Shown in pieces: positions 10,645 through 20,326 of a DNA stretch of 64,000 nt; the stretch's first letter is position 1, and every line of letters starts with the position of its first letter. A program made the translations under genes and the position numbers. Under the pieces are notes generated by a model. It did no database searches. It had not been told where the DNA came from and saw nothing but the letters and a program-made list of their open reading frames with translations. The stretch is from positions 66,327 to 130,326 of the forward strand of contig NZ_JBGAHM010000005.1 of NCBI RefSeq assembly GCF_044226135.1. The letters are read 5' to 3'. Origin of the DNA: Methylocella sp. (lineage in GTDB: Bacteria; Pseudomonadota; Alphaproteobacteria; Rhizobiales; Beijerinckiaceae).

Positions 10645-11294
10645 GCTATCCGAAGGGAACGCTGATCCGCAACACGACGAGCGAGCGGATCAACCACTGG
10701 ATCACCGCCGGCTGCTTCGTGCTGCTGGTCCTTTCCGGCCTTTCGATGTTTCATCCGCTGTTCTACTGGCTGAGCGGCCTGTTCGGCGGCGGCCAGTGGA
10801 CGCGCGCGGTCCATCCATGGATCGGGGTCGTGCTGTTCTTGAGCTATGTCGGCCTGTTCGCGCAGTTCTGGCGCGACAACCTCCCGAAGCGCGAAGACCT
10901 CGACTGGATCAAGGCCGCGCCGCGCGTGCTCGCCAATGACGAAGAGCATGTGCCGGAAGTCGACAAGCTCAACGCCGGCCAGAAGGCCGTCTACTGGTCG
11001 ATGGCGCTGCTCGTGCCGACGCTGTTCGTCAGCGGCCTCATGATCTGGGAGGTCTATTTCGGCGCGGCGACGAGCATCGAGACGCAGCGCGTCGCGACGC
11101 TCGTTCATTCGCTCGCGGCGGTCGCGGCGATTCTGGTGTGGATCGTCCATGTCTACGCCGCCATCTGGGTGCGCGGCTCCATGCGGGCGATGACTCAAGG
11201 GTGGGTCACGCCGGGCTGGGCCTATCGCCATCATCGCAAATGGCTGCGCCGTCTCGCCGAAAGCGGCTCGGCCGGGCCGAGGCCGCGGGGGTGA
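10641..11294 (+). CDS. fdnI: formate dehydrogenase gamma subunit (cytochrome b556)
   Basis: 217 aa with four TM helices and conserved His residues ([19 protein letters not shown]). ATGA overlap with the fdnH stop. Confidence 0.88.
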   Translation: MSYPKGTLIRNTTSERINHWITAGCFVLLVLSGLSMFHPLFYWLSGLFGGGQWTRAVHPWIGVVLFLSYVGLFAQFWRDNLPKREDLDWIKAAPRVLANDEEHVPEVDKLNAGQKAVYWSMALLVPTLFVSGLMIWEVYFGAATSIETQRVATLVHSLAAVAAILVWIVHVYAAIWVRGSMRAMTQGWVTPGWAYRHHRKWLRRLAESGSAGPRPRG

Positions 11295-11400
11295 GGCGTC
11301 CCGCCGTCACGCGCGCCTTGCGCGGCCGCGCGCCGCGCGCCATTTTGCCAAAGGGCCGGCGCGTCGATGCGATGCGCCGGCGCAGGAGCGCCAGGACGCG

Positions 11401-12333
11401 ATGAGGCAGGGCGAGGTTTCTTCCAGCGGCGCCTGGATGGGCGATCCGCAGGGCGGCGTCACGGCGCCCGATCCGCTGATCCTGCCCGATCCGGCGACGC
11501 GCTTCGCCCGCACCGCCGCAAGGCTCGAGGCGCGCGCGCAGGGCCACCCCATGGAAGGCTGGCTGCGCTTCATGGCTGTGGTCGCGCGCGCGCAGCAGGC
11601 GGCCTGCGACGCGCTCAGTGAATGTCCCGCGCCAGGCGCCGACTTTGTCGCCCAGGCGGTCGAGGCGCGCATGCCGCCGCTCGCCCTCGACGGCCACAGG
11701 CGCGCGCCCTGCTGGCGCGACGGCCTCGCCGTGCTGCTCGCCCATGTCGCCGAGGCGCCCGCGCCCGCGCCCGCGCAGGCGCGAGAGGTCGCGCGCGCGC
11801 TCAAGGCGGCCGGCGCAGGCGCGGCCGAGGCGCTCGCCGACGCGTTCGTGCATGATTCCGTCGAAGCGGGGCAGGCGGGCGAGGCGCTGTTCGTCGCGGC
11901 CGCGCTCCAGGCCTATTTCACGCGGCTCGCCGGCGCGCTCGACGCGTCGGCGCTTCGCCTCCTGCCGGAGCGCGGGCTTTGCCCCTGCTGCGGGTCGACG
12001 CCCGTGGCGAGCCTCGTCACGGCGTCGGGCAAGACTCCGGGCGCGCGCTATCTCCATTGCTCGATCTGCGGGACCGCCTGGAATTACGTGCGGGCCCAGT
12101 GCGTCTCCTGCGGCGAGTCGCGCTCGACGGCGGTGCGGAGCTTTGAGGGCGAGGAGCTGGTCAAGGCGGAGACCTGCGACGAATGCCGCTCCTATGCGAA
12201 GATCATCTACCAGTCGAAAGACACGGCCGCCGACCCTTACGCCGACGATCTCCTGACGCTCGGGCTCGATCTCAAGACGTCCGAGGCCGGCTGGGCGCGC
12301 AACGCGCCGAACCCGCTTCTGCTCGTCGGCTGA
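11401..12333 (+). CDS. fdhE: formate dehydrogenase accessory protein FdhE
   Basis: Four CxxC pairs (CPCCGS, CSICGT, CVSCGE, CDECRS) in the FdhE arrangement. Position is directly after fdnGHI. Confidence 0.85.
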   Translation: MRQGEVSSSGAWMGDPQGGVTAPDPLILPDPATRFARTAARLEARAQGHPMEGWLRFMAVVARAQQAACDALSECPAPGADFVAQAVEARMPPLALDGHRRAPCWRDGLAVLLAHVAEAPAPAPAQAREVARALKAAGAGAAEALADAFVHDSVEAGQAGEALFVAAALQAYFTRLAGALDASALRLLPERGLCPCCGSTPVASLVTASGKTPGARYLHCSICGTAWNYVRAQCVSCGESRSTAVRSFEGEELVKAETCDECRSYAKIIYQSKDTAADPYADDLLTLGLDLKTSEAGWARNAPNPLLLVG

Positions 12334-12400
12334 AGCTTTCGCCGGAGAGACCGCCGCCCGGCGACAGGGCCGGGCGCGCCTGCCGCAGCCGGAGCCTGCG

Positions 12401-13825
12401 CTAGCCGCGAAGCCGCGGCGCGCCGCGGGCGCCGGGCGCGGGGTCGAGGACGGGGATGGTCGCCAGCACGGGCAGGCCCAGCGCCCTTTCGAGCGTGTCC
12501 GGCGAGACGAAGCCGCGCCGAAAAACCTCCGCGAGCACGGCGGCGAGCACGCCGGCGAAAATTGCCAGCAACACGCCGGCGGCGAGGATCACCAGGCGGC
12601 GGGCGTCGGCCGCGACCGGAGGCGACGCCGGCTCGATGACGCGCACGCTCGCCGCCTTGCGCGCGGCGACGTCCTCCTGAAAACGGCGCGCGTCGAGCGT
12701 CTTGGCGACGGCGGCGTAATGGTCTTCGGCGAAGGTCCGCTCGCGTTCGAGGCGGGCGAGTTCGAAGGCGTTCGCCTCCATCGCCTTGATCTGCGCGTCG
12801 ACGGCGGCGACCTGGGCGTCGTCGGTGGCGACGCGGGCGTTTGCGGCCTCGAAGGTCTGGCGCGCCCGGGCGCGGTCGATTTCGAGCGCGTCGATGACGT
12901 TCGGGCGGCCGTGCCGCACGAGCTGCTGGGCGCCGCCATAGGTGACGACGTCTTTCGGCGCCTGGTCGAGCTCGTGCCTCAGCACGTCGACGCGTTCTTT
13001 CGCCTGCGCGCCGTCGGCCTCGGCGATCTGCCGGTCGCGGACGATGTCGGCGCGCTGGCGCAGCAGCAGGTCGCGCTGCAGGCTGTGGTCGGCGATGTTG
13101 TTTTGCGCCTTGAACGCGGCGACCGCGCGTCCGGCCGCGTCGGCGCGCGCGCGCAACATGTTCGCCTCGGCCTCGACGGCGGGCGACTGGACGTCGGAAA
13201 ACAGCGCGGCGCGGCGCGTCAGGTAGCGCGCGACGAGCGTGTTGACGGCCTCGGCGGCGACGGCGGGGTCGGCGTTGCGGAAGCTGACCGCGATCAGATT
13301 GCCGATCTTGTCGGGCGTCGCCTTGAGGCTTTTGGCGAAGGCGACCGTCGCGAGGTCGAGCGGGTCGGCCGCAGGCCGCCGCCGGTCGGGAAGGCCCGCC
13401 GACTTCATCAGATTTTCTACGACATTTGATATGTCGTCCCTCATGCGGGCGCTGAAACCCGGCTGCGCGATCGAGGGAAACAACCGGGCGAGGCCGACCG
13501 ACTCGATCGTCGCCCTGGCCAGCGACGGGCTCGTCAGGATCTCGACCTCGCTTTTCAGGATCGCGTCCTTTTCGAGCATGATCGGGGAGGCCGCGGTCTC
13601 CGAACCCACCGCCGCGCGGGCGGCGTAGTCGGGCGACAGCGGCACGAGCAGGGTCGCTTCGGCCGTGTATTGCGGTTTGACGAGAAGGGCGACGCCGCAG
13701 GCGGCGGCCATCACGAGACAGGCCGAAACGGCGACGGCGCGCCAGTCCCTGAAAAGACCGTCGGCGATCGCGCGCAGGGCGCGCGCGTCGCCGCGCGGCG
13801 ACGGCGCGTCGGAAGAAAGGCTCAT
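12401..13825 (-). CDS. polysaccharide chain-length determinant (Wzz/GumC/ExoP N-terminal type PCP) without a kinase domain
   Basis: N-terminal TM followed by the KPQYTAEATLLV Wzz motif. Long coiled-coil periplasmic region. C-terminal TM LVILAAGVLLAIFAGVLAAVLAEVF. Start at ATG 13825 with GGAG upstream. Confidence 0.8.
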   Translation of the reverse strand: MSLSSDAPSPRGDARALRAIADGLFRDWRAVAVSACLVMAAACGVALLVKPQYTAEATLLVPLSPDYAARAAVGSETAASPIMLEKDAILKSEVEILTSPSLARATIESVGLARLFPSIAQPGFSARMRDDISNVVENLMKSAGLPDRRRPAADPLDLATVAFAKSLKATPDKIGNLIAVSFRNADPAVAAEAVNTLVARYLTRRAALFSDVQSPAVEAEANMLRARADAAGRAVAAFKAQNNIADHSLQRDLLLRQRADIVRDRQIAEADGAQAKERVDVLRHELDQAPKDVVTYGGAQQLVRHGRPNVIDALEIDRARARQTFEAANARVATDDAQVAAVDAQIKAMEANAFELARLERERTFAEDHYAAVAKTLDARRFQEDVAARKAASVRVIEPASPPVAADARRLVILAAGVLLAIFAGVLAAVLAEVFRRGFVSPDTLERALGLPVLATIPVLDPAPGARGAPRLRG

Positions 13826-14176
13826 GAAAGACTCCAGGCCGCCCGGCGCGGGCGCGAAAACGACGGATTGCGCCAGCCTGATCAACAATCGCCGCCATGT
13901 AAAGGGGAGGCGTTGACGGTTACGTGTTGGCGCGTTCGGCTTGCCATACTCTGTTGCATTGCACCAGCCGTCAATGTAGCGTGCAAATCATTCGCCGCTG
14001 TGTGGAATATCGAAAAACTTTTATAGAATTTAGTCATTCGAGCATAGCGCGCCGGGGATATGATCGTCCCGATCGGCGGCGGCTGAATGATTTTCCGCCA
14101 GCTTTTTCTTAAAGGGCGTTATCTATATGAAAAAGCGATCTGCACCAGAGTCGTCGCGGGGCGCCGGGGGCGCCTC

Positions 14177-14878
14177 ATGAGGGCGGGCGCGACCCAGGCC
14201 GTCGAAGAGGCGCGCGTTCCGGCTGAACGCCGCGCCGCCTTTCCGTCCGTCGCCGCCGCGCGGCCGCGGCCGCCGCACAAGGCTTTTCTTCATCTGTTCC
14301 ATGCGATCAAGGCGCTGAACCGGAGCGACGCGCCTTTCGTGCTGCAGTTTCTCGCCTCCTCTGACGGCGAAGGCGCGAGCGTCACGGCGGCCGGCTTCGC
14401 GGAGGCCGCCGCCGCGCATTGGCAGGGCTCGGTCCTGCTCATCGACTGCTCGGCGACCGACGCGCCGACGCGCCCCGGGCCGCAATCCCTGATCGAAGCC
14501 TTTTCCGAAAAGGGCGCGCTGCATGGCGCGACGCAGCCCTCGCCCGACGCGCCGGGCGTCGTGCTGGCGCGGCTGACGGCGGCCAGCGGCGCCTTTTCGA
14601 GCTTCGACCTCAGCGACCTCGGACGCCTGTTCGACGCGGCGAAGCAGGCCTTTCCGATCGTCGTCCTCGATTGCCCGCCGCCCGCGGAGGCGCCCGAATC
14701 GCTCGCGCTCGCGCGATGCAGCGACGGAACCGTGCTGGTCGTCGGGGCGGGCGCATCCACCCGCTCGCGGATCGTCCAGACGCGCAACGACGTCGAACGC
14801 TTCGGCGGCCAGCTCGTCGGATGCGTGCTCAACCGCGCCGCAAGCCGCATCCCGCGCTGGCTCGAACGCTGGCTTTGA
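14177..14878 (+). CDS. BY-kinase-like P-loop ATPase domain protein with a degenerate Walker A
   Basis: Layout of a CpsD/Wzc C-terminal domain: LASSDGEGASV (Walker A position, Lys replaced by Ala), VLLIDCS (Walker A' position), IVVLDCPP (Walker B), GTVLVVGAG..GCVLNRA. No C-terminal Tyr cluster. Start at 14177 is uncertain. Confidence 0.6.
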   Translation: MRAGATQAVEEARVPAERRAAFPSVAAARPRPPHKAFLHLFHAIKALNRSDAPFVLQFLASSDGEGASVTAAGFAEAAAAHWQGSVLLIDCSATDAPTRPGPQSLIEAFSEKGALHGATQPSPDAPGVVLARLTAASGAFSSFDLSDLGRLFDAAKQAFPIVVLDCPPPAEAPESLALARCSDGTVLVVGAGASTRSRIVQTRNDVERFGGQLVGCVLNRAASRIPRWLERWL

Positions 14879-14972
14879 ACCTGAAGTCAAAACTCCACGT
14901 CCGGAACTCACATCTGTCGTCCATCCTCGCGGCGCCGCTTGCCGGACGCCGCTTCAAGCGGAGCGCGTCCCC

Positions 14973-16073
14973 ATGGCTGTTTTCTTCGCCGGCGAGAGCA
15001 TCGGCGACAGGCCGTCCCTTCTCCCCGACGATCCGGAAGAGCTGATCGGCAAGCTCTGGGACGAGATTCTCGAACGCGGCCCGCAGGCGCGCGCGGCGAG
15101 CCTGCTCGACCTCAAGCTCGGCGTGCAGCGCATCCACCGGCTGTTCGGCGCCATAACGGAGCTGACCGGCGTCGCCCTGCCGATCACGACCATGTTCGAG
15201 GCGTCGACCATTCCGGCGCTCGCCGAGATCGTGCGCCGGGGCGAGGCGCCGCCCCAGCCCGTCGCCGTGCTCGTGCAGCCGCACGAGGGCGGAACGCCGC
15301 TCTTTCTCTTTCCGGGCCTTGGCGGAATCATCCTCGAGCTTTACGACCTCGGCCGGCTGGTTCGGGCCGGCGGGCCGGTCTACGCCAATCTGACGCAGCG
15401 CCTTGACGGCCGGGGGCCGCTGTTGCGCAGCGTCGTCGACATGGCCCGCGTCCAGGCCGACGCCATAAGAGCCATCCAGCCGCATGGCCCCTACCGGCTC
15501 GCCGGCTTCAGCCTCGGCGGCCTCATTGCCCTCGAAACCGCGCGTCTTCTGGCGGCGTCCGGCGAAAGGGTCGAGTTCCTCGGCCTGATCGAGCCCAATC
15601 TGCCGGAGCGTTTCTGGCCGCCGGCGGTCAAGCGGGCCTTTCTGCTGCGTCGGCTCAAGACCCATTTCGACACGCTGAGGGCGTTGCCGCCGCGCCAGAT
15701 CCTGTCCTATCTCGGCGAACGGGCGGCGCCGCTCGCGCGGCGCCTGAGACGGCTGACGGGCGGCGCGGGAACCGCTTCGGCCTCGCCCTACACGCTCGCC
15801 AATCTCCCGAAGGAGCTCGCCGACGCGCGGGACGCGGGCCTTGCGGCGTTCTACGCCTATGAGATCAAGCCCTATGCAGGCAGGGCGGCCATTTTCGAGT
15901 CCGCGGGCGGAGACCCGCTGTCGTGCCCGCCGACCGACGTCTTCCCGCCCTATCTCGGCGGCTATGATCGTTTCGCCTGCGGCGGCGATCATGCGAGCCT
16001 GATGCGCCAGCCCTTCGTCGGCGAGCTCGCCGACAGAATGTCGGACGCGCTCGGAGCGTTGAACCGGGGCTGA
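14973..16073 (+). CDS. carrier-protein-like domain fused to an alpha/beta thioesterase domain
   Basis: The N-terminus resembles a PCP/ACP helix bundle (ELIGKLWDEIL...LLDLKLGVQRIHRL...TTMFEASTIPALAEIV), but the GGxS serine position reads KLGV. The C-terminal TE has LFLFPGLGG, the GFSLGG nucleophile elbow and GGDHASLM. Confidence 0.7.
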   Translation: MAVFFAGESIGDRPSLLPDDPEELIGKLWDEILERGPQARAASLLDLKLGVQRIHRLFGAITELTGVALPITTMFEASTIPALAEIVRRGEAPPQPVAVLVQPHEGGTPLFLFPGLGGIILELYDLGRLVRAGGPVYANLTQRLDGRGPLLRSVVDMARVQADAIRAIQPHGPYRLAGFSLGGLIALETARLLAASGERVEFLGLIEPNLPERFWPPAVKRAFLLRRLKTHFDTLRALPPRQILSYLGERAAPLARRLRRLTGGAGTASASPYTLANLPKELADARDAGLAAFYAYEIKPYAGRAAIFESAGGDPLSCPPTDVFPPYLGGYDRFACGGDHASLMRQPFVGELADRMSDALGALNRG

Positions 16074-16095
16074 ACGGCGCTCAGCCGGCCTGAAC

Positions 16096-16128
16096 GCAAA
16101 AAGGGGGCGCGCCGCGTCCCCTTTTTGC
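16096..16128. terminator. bidirectional rho-independent terminator between convergent genes
   Basis: gcAAAAAGGGGGCGCGccgCGCGTCCCCTTTTTgc: a GC stem flanked by an A-tract and a T-tract, between the thioesterase gene (+) and the GMC oxidoreductase gene (-). Confidence 0.65.
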
Positions 16129-16170
16129 GTCGGCCCGCGCCCTCAGGGCGCAGGCTTCATGTTGCGGGAC

Positions 16171-17883
16171 TCACGTCGCGGGGGTCATGGCGAAGACGCT
16201 TTCGGACGCTTCCGTGCGCGCGTCCGCGTCGTCGCTCCGGCGGCCGACCGGACGCGCCACGCCCTCCTTCAGATCGAGCGCGATGCGGTCCGCAAGCCGC
16301 AGGGCGAGCGCGACCAGCGTGATTGTCGGCGAATCGCTGCCGACGGTCGGAAACACGGAGCTGCCGGCGACATAGAGATGACGCACGTCATGGGCGCGGC
16401 ACTGCGCGTCGACGACGCCCTGCGCCGGGTCCTCATGCATGCGCGTGGTGCCCATGTGATGCCAGCAGCCGAGCGTTTCAGTCTCCTCGCCAGGCCCGGA
16501 GGACGAGCCGATGACGGTCGCGACGCCGGCGGCGCAAAGGCCGTCGACGACGAGCCGGTCGAGCGTGCGGAAATGCTCCTCGTCCTGCGCCGTCAGGCGC
16601 CAGTCGATGCGCGGCTGGCTGACGCCGAGCCGGTCGCGCGTCGCGGCGAGCGTGACGCGGCTGTCCGGGTTGGGAACGGGTTCGATCACCGATTCGAGCG
16701 TGAAGTCGGTCTTTTCGAGAACGGGCGCGAGCATCACGTCGGCGATCGCCGCGAGCGTTCCCGGCGCATGGGCGAAGAGGCCCGGCAGCTCGCGCAGCGT
16801 ATCGCGCGCGGCGCGCGACAGGGGATAGCCGAAACGCTTGCGGCCGTTGATCGCCCTCTGGATGCGCTTCATCGCCCTGTAGGCTTTGGCCACGTCGCCG
16901 CCGCGCGCGCCGACGAGATAGACGCGCGAATTGGAGAGGCCGAGGCGGCGCTGGGCGTCGAAGCTCGGCGCGAGATGGACTTCGAGACGCGCGCGCGCGT
17001 CGCCCGTGCCGCGATGAATGCGATGCATCAGCGCGTCATAGAGCGGGCGGAAGCGCGCCGCGTCGACAATGCGAAGCTGCGTCGACTGCCGGCGCGGATG
17101 GTCCATGTAGAACCGCCCGACGAGGCCGGAGCCGTTGGCGAGCCCGTCCGCCCGCACGTCGTTCGACGCCAGAAGCAGCCGCGCGTTCTCGACGCCGCCG
17201 GCGGCGAGGACGGTGACGGCGGCGCGGATCGAGAGGCGTTTGCCGTCGAGCGTCGCGACGTCCGCCCCGGTCGCGGCCTCGCCCCGCGCGTCGGTCGCGA
17301 CGCGGACCACATTGGCGTGGAGAAGAACCCGGACGTTGGGCGCCTTGCGCAGGCGCTCGCGGTAGACGTCGCCCATGCGCGTCGGCGGGCTCAGCTGGTC
17401 AAGCACATTGACGAGGTCTGACCCCGCGACCGGCATCAGCTCCGCGCGCAGCCGCGCGATTTCGGGCGCCCAGCGCTCGAGGGTGAAATCGGCGTCGGGC
17501 AGTTCGAGCAGCTCGCCGGCGTGGCGATAATAGGGCTCGAGGTCGGCCTTGCGGATCGGCCAGCCGCTGTGCGGCACCCAGGGGCGGCGTTCAAAATCGA
17601 AAGGGTCGAGCGGACGGCACCAGCCGCCCCAGCAATTGGTGCTGCCGCCGAGAAACCGGCTGCGCGAATCCGCCGGCGAGTCATGCGTCAGGCCCACGCT
17701 CTCGCCGGCGTAGAGCGACTGCGACATGGGGTCGGAGGTCAGCCCTCCGCCCTCGATCAGCACGACCTTGAGCGAGCGCGGCAGGGCGAGGGCGAGGGCG
17801 ATTCCAGCGGCCCCGCCGCCGATGACGCAGACGTCCGCGCAGATTTCCGCGCCGTCGTCCGCCTGCGTGGCTTCAATGATCAT
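16171..17883 (-). CDS. GMC-family FAD-dependent oxidoreductase
   Basis: N-terminal DVCVIGGGAAGIALALAL Rossmann motif. C-terminal CWHHMGTTRM and YVAGSSVFPT GMC signatures. Start at ATG 17883 with GGAGG upstream. The 806-aa ORF-track version carries a spurious Arg-rich extension. Confidence 0.85.
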   Translation of the reverse strand: MIIEATQADDGAEICADVCVIGGGAAGIALALALPRSLKVVLIEGGGLTSDPMSQSLYAGESVGLTHDSPADSRSRFLGGSTNCWGGWCRPLDPFDFERRPWVPHSGWPIRKADLEPYYRHAGELLELPDADFTLERWAPEIARLRAELMPVAGSDLVNVLDQLSPPTRMGDVYRERLRKAPNVRVLLHANVVRVATDARGEAATGADVATLDGKRLSIRAAVTVLAAGGVENARLLLASNDVRADGLANGSGLVGRFYMDHPRRQSTQLRIVDAARFRPLYDALMHRIHRGTGDARARLEVHLAPSFDAQRRLGLSNSRVYLVGARGGDVAKAYRAMKRIQRAINGRKRFGYPLSRAARDTLRELPGLFAHAPGTLAAIADVMLAPVLEKTDFTLESVIEPVPNPDSRVTLAATRDRLGVSQPRIDWRLTAQDEEHFRTLDRLVVDGLCAAGVATVIGSSSGPGEETETLGCWHHMGTTRMHEDPAQGVVDAQCRAHDVRHLYVAGSSVFPTVGSDSPTITLVALALRLADRIALDLKEGVARPVGRRSDDADARTEASESVFAMTPAT

Positions 17884-17921
17884 ATGCGCCTCCGAAAGAT
17901 GTGACGAAGATCGGGAGTGGT

Positions 17922-19151
17922 TCAGCGGCCGCCGGACGCGACGGACACGCGCCCGCGCCAGGCGGCGAAAGCGGCGCGGGAGCGCTGGCGCACGGGATAG
18001 GCCATGAAGCGCCGAAGCCGCGGATGGTCCTTGAGGTAGAGCGCCCGCTTTTCGACGAGGTTCCACGACAGATAGGCGACCACGACAGTGAGGGGGATCG
18101 CGAGGCCGAGATTGAACGCCCAGTTCTGCCGGCCGGGAAAATAATGCATCAGCGTCTGCTGCACGGGGAATCCGTAGAGGTAGATTCCATAGGAATAGTC
18201 GCCGTCGGACAGCAGGGGGATGCGGGGAAAGGCGGCCATGCCGAAGCAGACGATCAGATAGGCGGCGCAGGCGGGCGCGAAGGCGTAATAGGCGCTCGTG
18301 GAGAAGGACGCCGCCATGACCGCGACGGCGGCGGCCATGCCGAGATAGGTCAGCTTCACGCGGTCGCGCCAGAGATAGAAGGCGACGCCGCCGATGAAGC
18401 AGGAAAACAGCGTGTAATGGGTGACGATGTCCTTGGGGTTCGGCGCGAGGACGCCGTGGATTTCGCCCGCGAGCTGTCCGGCCATGGCGACGGCGAAGAC
18501 GGCGAGCATCGCCTTCTTGTTCGACGCGAGGCCGAGCAGGATGAGGATCGAAATCCCGACGTAGCACTGGATTTCGATCGGCACCGTCCACAGCGAGAAA
18601 TTGACGACGCCGGGCAGCGGATTGTCGAGGAAGACGCCCGGCAGGTAATAGCGGATCTTGCCGACGACGTTGAAGAAATAGCTGAAGAACTGCGGGTCGG
18701 TGAAATAGGCGTGGAGCGTGTAGGCGGTGACGATCGGGCCGAGCAGGAGCGCCGACAGGAACACCTCGCAGGACAGCGCCGGGACGATGCGCAGCACGCG
18801 ATGCATGATGAAGATCTTGAGCGATTTCGTGCGTTCGAGGCTGCCGGCGATCAGGAATCCGCTGAGCGCGAAGAACATCGGCAGGATGGCGAGGAAGGCC
18901 GGCTTGAACGGGCCTGACAGCACGGCGTCCTGCGCCTCCTGTCCATGAGCGGTGATGATCGCGTGGAAGGCGAGCACGGCGAGCGAAAGGACGAGCCGCG
19001 CCATGTCGAAGCCCGGACCGCGGCCGCGATGCGCGGCGAGCACGTCGCCGGCGCTTTTGGGACGCCCGTCAGGACCGCGCCATGCGGGCAGGGTCGCCCG
19101 GGCGAAGGCGCGCAGGCCGCGCCCCCCGGGGAGCTGGACGGCAGATGACAT
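17922..19151 (-). CDS. acyltransferase family 3 (OafA/WecH-like) membrane O-acyltransferase
   Basis: About 10 TM helices. FDMARLVLSLAVLAFH and FFALSGFLI motifs of AT3. Start at ATG 19151 with AAAGGAG upstream. Confidence 0.8.
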   Translation of the reverse strand: MSSAVQLPGGRGLRAFARATLPAWRGPDGRPKSAGDVLAAHRGRGPGFDMARLVLSLAVLAFHAIITAHGQEAQDAVLSGPFKPAFLAILPMFFALSGFLIAGSLERTKSLKIFIMHRVLRIVPALSCEVFLSALLLGPIVTAYTLHAYFTDPQFFSYFFNVVGKIRYYLPGVFLDNPLPGVVNFSLWTVPIEIQCYVGISILILLGLASNKKAMLAVFAVAMAGQLAGEIHGVLAPNPKDIVTHYTLFSCFIGGVAFYLWRDRVKLTYLGMAAAVAVMAASFSTSAYYAFAPACAAYLIVCFGMAAFPRIPLLSDGDYSYGIYLYGFPVQQTLMHYFPGRQNWAFNLGLAIPLTVVVAYLSWNLVEKRALYLKDHPRLRRFMAYPVRQRSRAAFAAWRGRVSVASGGR

Positions 19152-19153
19152 GG

Positions 19154-20326
19154 TCACTCCTTTGAGGGCGCGCCGACCGCGCGCGCGGCGCAAAACCTTG
19201 AAAACTGAACGAGCCGCCGCAGCGGCGGCGAAAGAATGATCATAAACATGAGATTGAGGGCGACGATGGCGGCGCCGAGGCCGACATGCGCGAGCGCGTC
19301 GTCTGAGGGCGGCAGGCGCTGCAGGACCGGCTGCAGAAAGACGATGAAGACGCCGTTGACGAGCACGAGGTCGAGCGCGTTGCGGCCGCTCCAGGCAAGC
19401 GGCCTGGCGAGCGAGCTTGCGAGCGGACCGGAGGCGATCGCGCGGCCGACGATCACGACCAGAAGAGAGCCGAGCAGCGCGGTCAGCGCGAACAGAGGGA
19501 AAAAGCCGACATCGCCCGTGATCATCAGGACGCCGAAGCGGCCGGCGAGAAAATCGGCGTAAAAGCCCTTCAGCGGCGCGCAGGACCATTCGGCGAGACA
19601 GGCGTTGTTGAGCGGCGCGAGCACGACGACGGCGGCGAGCAGCGCCGGCGCGACGACGGCCGGCGGCGCAGCCCTGACCCGCGCGAGCGTATAGCCTGCG
19701 AGATAGAACAGCAGGCCCGGCGCGAACGACCTGATCTGGAACGGATTGGGAAGGAACGGATCGGCGAGGACGAGCGCGGCGGCGAGCGCGATCGCGGCGC
19801 AGCGCGGCGCGGCGGGCCCCTTGACGATCGCGGCGGCGAGAATCTGCGCGCCGGCGAGGGCGACGAGGAACCATGTGGTGACGAGGCTGAAATCCTTGCC
19901 GATCAGCATCGGCCGGACGAGCGTTCTGAAGATCGCGCCGGAGTCGGCCGGGATCCGGCCCAGCGCCGCGGCGAGCGCCACGCCCGCGACATGGGACGCA
20001 TAGGCGAGCGCGACGAGGAACAGCGCCTGCTCGAAGATTCGCCGCCATGATTTTCGCGGGAGATTCTGCGCGGTCATGCCCGAGATCAGGAAGAACAGCG
20101 GCATGTGGAAGCTGTAGATGACGCGCCACTGCGCGAAGGCCGCGTCCGAGAAGGCGCCGTCGGGACGCGCCCCGAAGAAGACCTGGAGGCCGTGCGCGTA
20201 GATCACGAGCAGGATCGCGATCCCGCGCGCGACGTCGATCGCGGCGTCCCGCTCTTCGCGCCTCGCTTCGACGCCCGGCGAGACGCGGCGCGTTTCGCGA
20301 GTCGCTTCGTCGTAAATGATCTGCAT
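19154..20326 (-). CDS. acyltransferase family 3 membrane O-acyltransferase (second copy)
   Basis: RDAAIDVARGIAILLVIYAH and MPLFFLISGM AT3 motifs; polytopic. Its stop lies 2 nt before the start of the next AT3 gene. Confidence 0.8.
   Translation of the reverse strand: MQIIYDEATRETRRVSPGVEARREERDAAIDVARGIAILLVIYAHGLQVFFGARPDGAFSDAAFAQWRVIYSFHMPLFFLISGMTAQNLPRKSWRRIFEQALFLVALAYASHVAGVALAAALGRIPADSGAIFRTLVRPMLIGKDFSLVTTWFLVALAGAQILAAAIVKGPAAPRCAAIALAAALVLADPFLPNPFQIRSFAPGLLFYLAGYTLARVRAAPPAVVAPALLAAVVVLAPLNNACLAEWSCAPLKGFYADFLAGRFGVLMITGDVGFFPLFALTALLGSLLVVIVGRAIASGPLASSLARPLAWSGRNALDLVLVNGVFIVFLQPVLQRLPPSDDALAHVGLGAAIVALNLMFMIILSPPLRRLVQFSRFCAARAVGAPSKE

Noticed and set aside
12237-13898. 553-aa Arg/Pro-rich ORF in another frame of the chain-length-determinant gene
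   Set aside because: Low-complexity RRRP composition. The 12401..13825 frame has TM helices, a Wzz motif and a coiled coil.
16171-20129. ORF-track versions of the GMC (806 aa) and first AT3 (735 aa) genes with long N-terminal extensions
   Set aside because: The extensions are Arg/Pro-rich and overlap the upstream genes. Internal ATGs at 17883 and 19151 have strong RBS and begin exactly where recognisable domains start.
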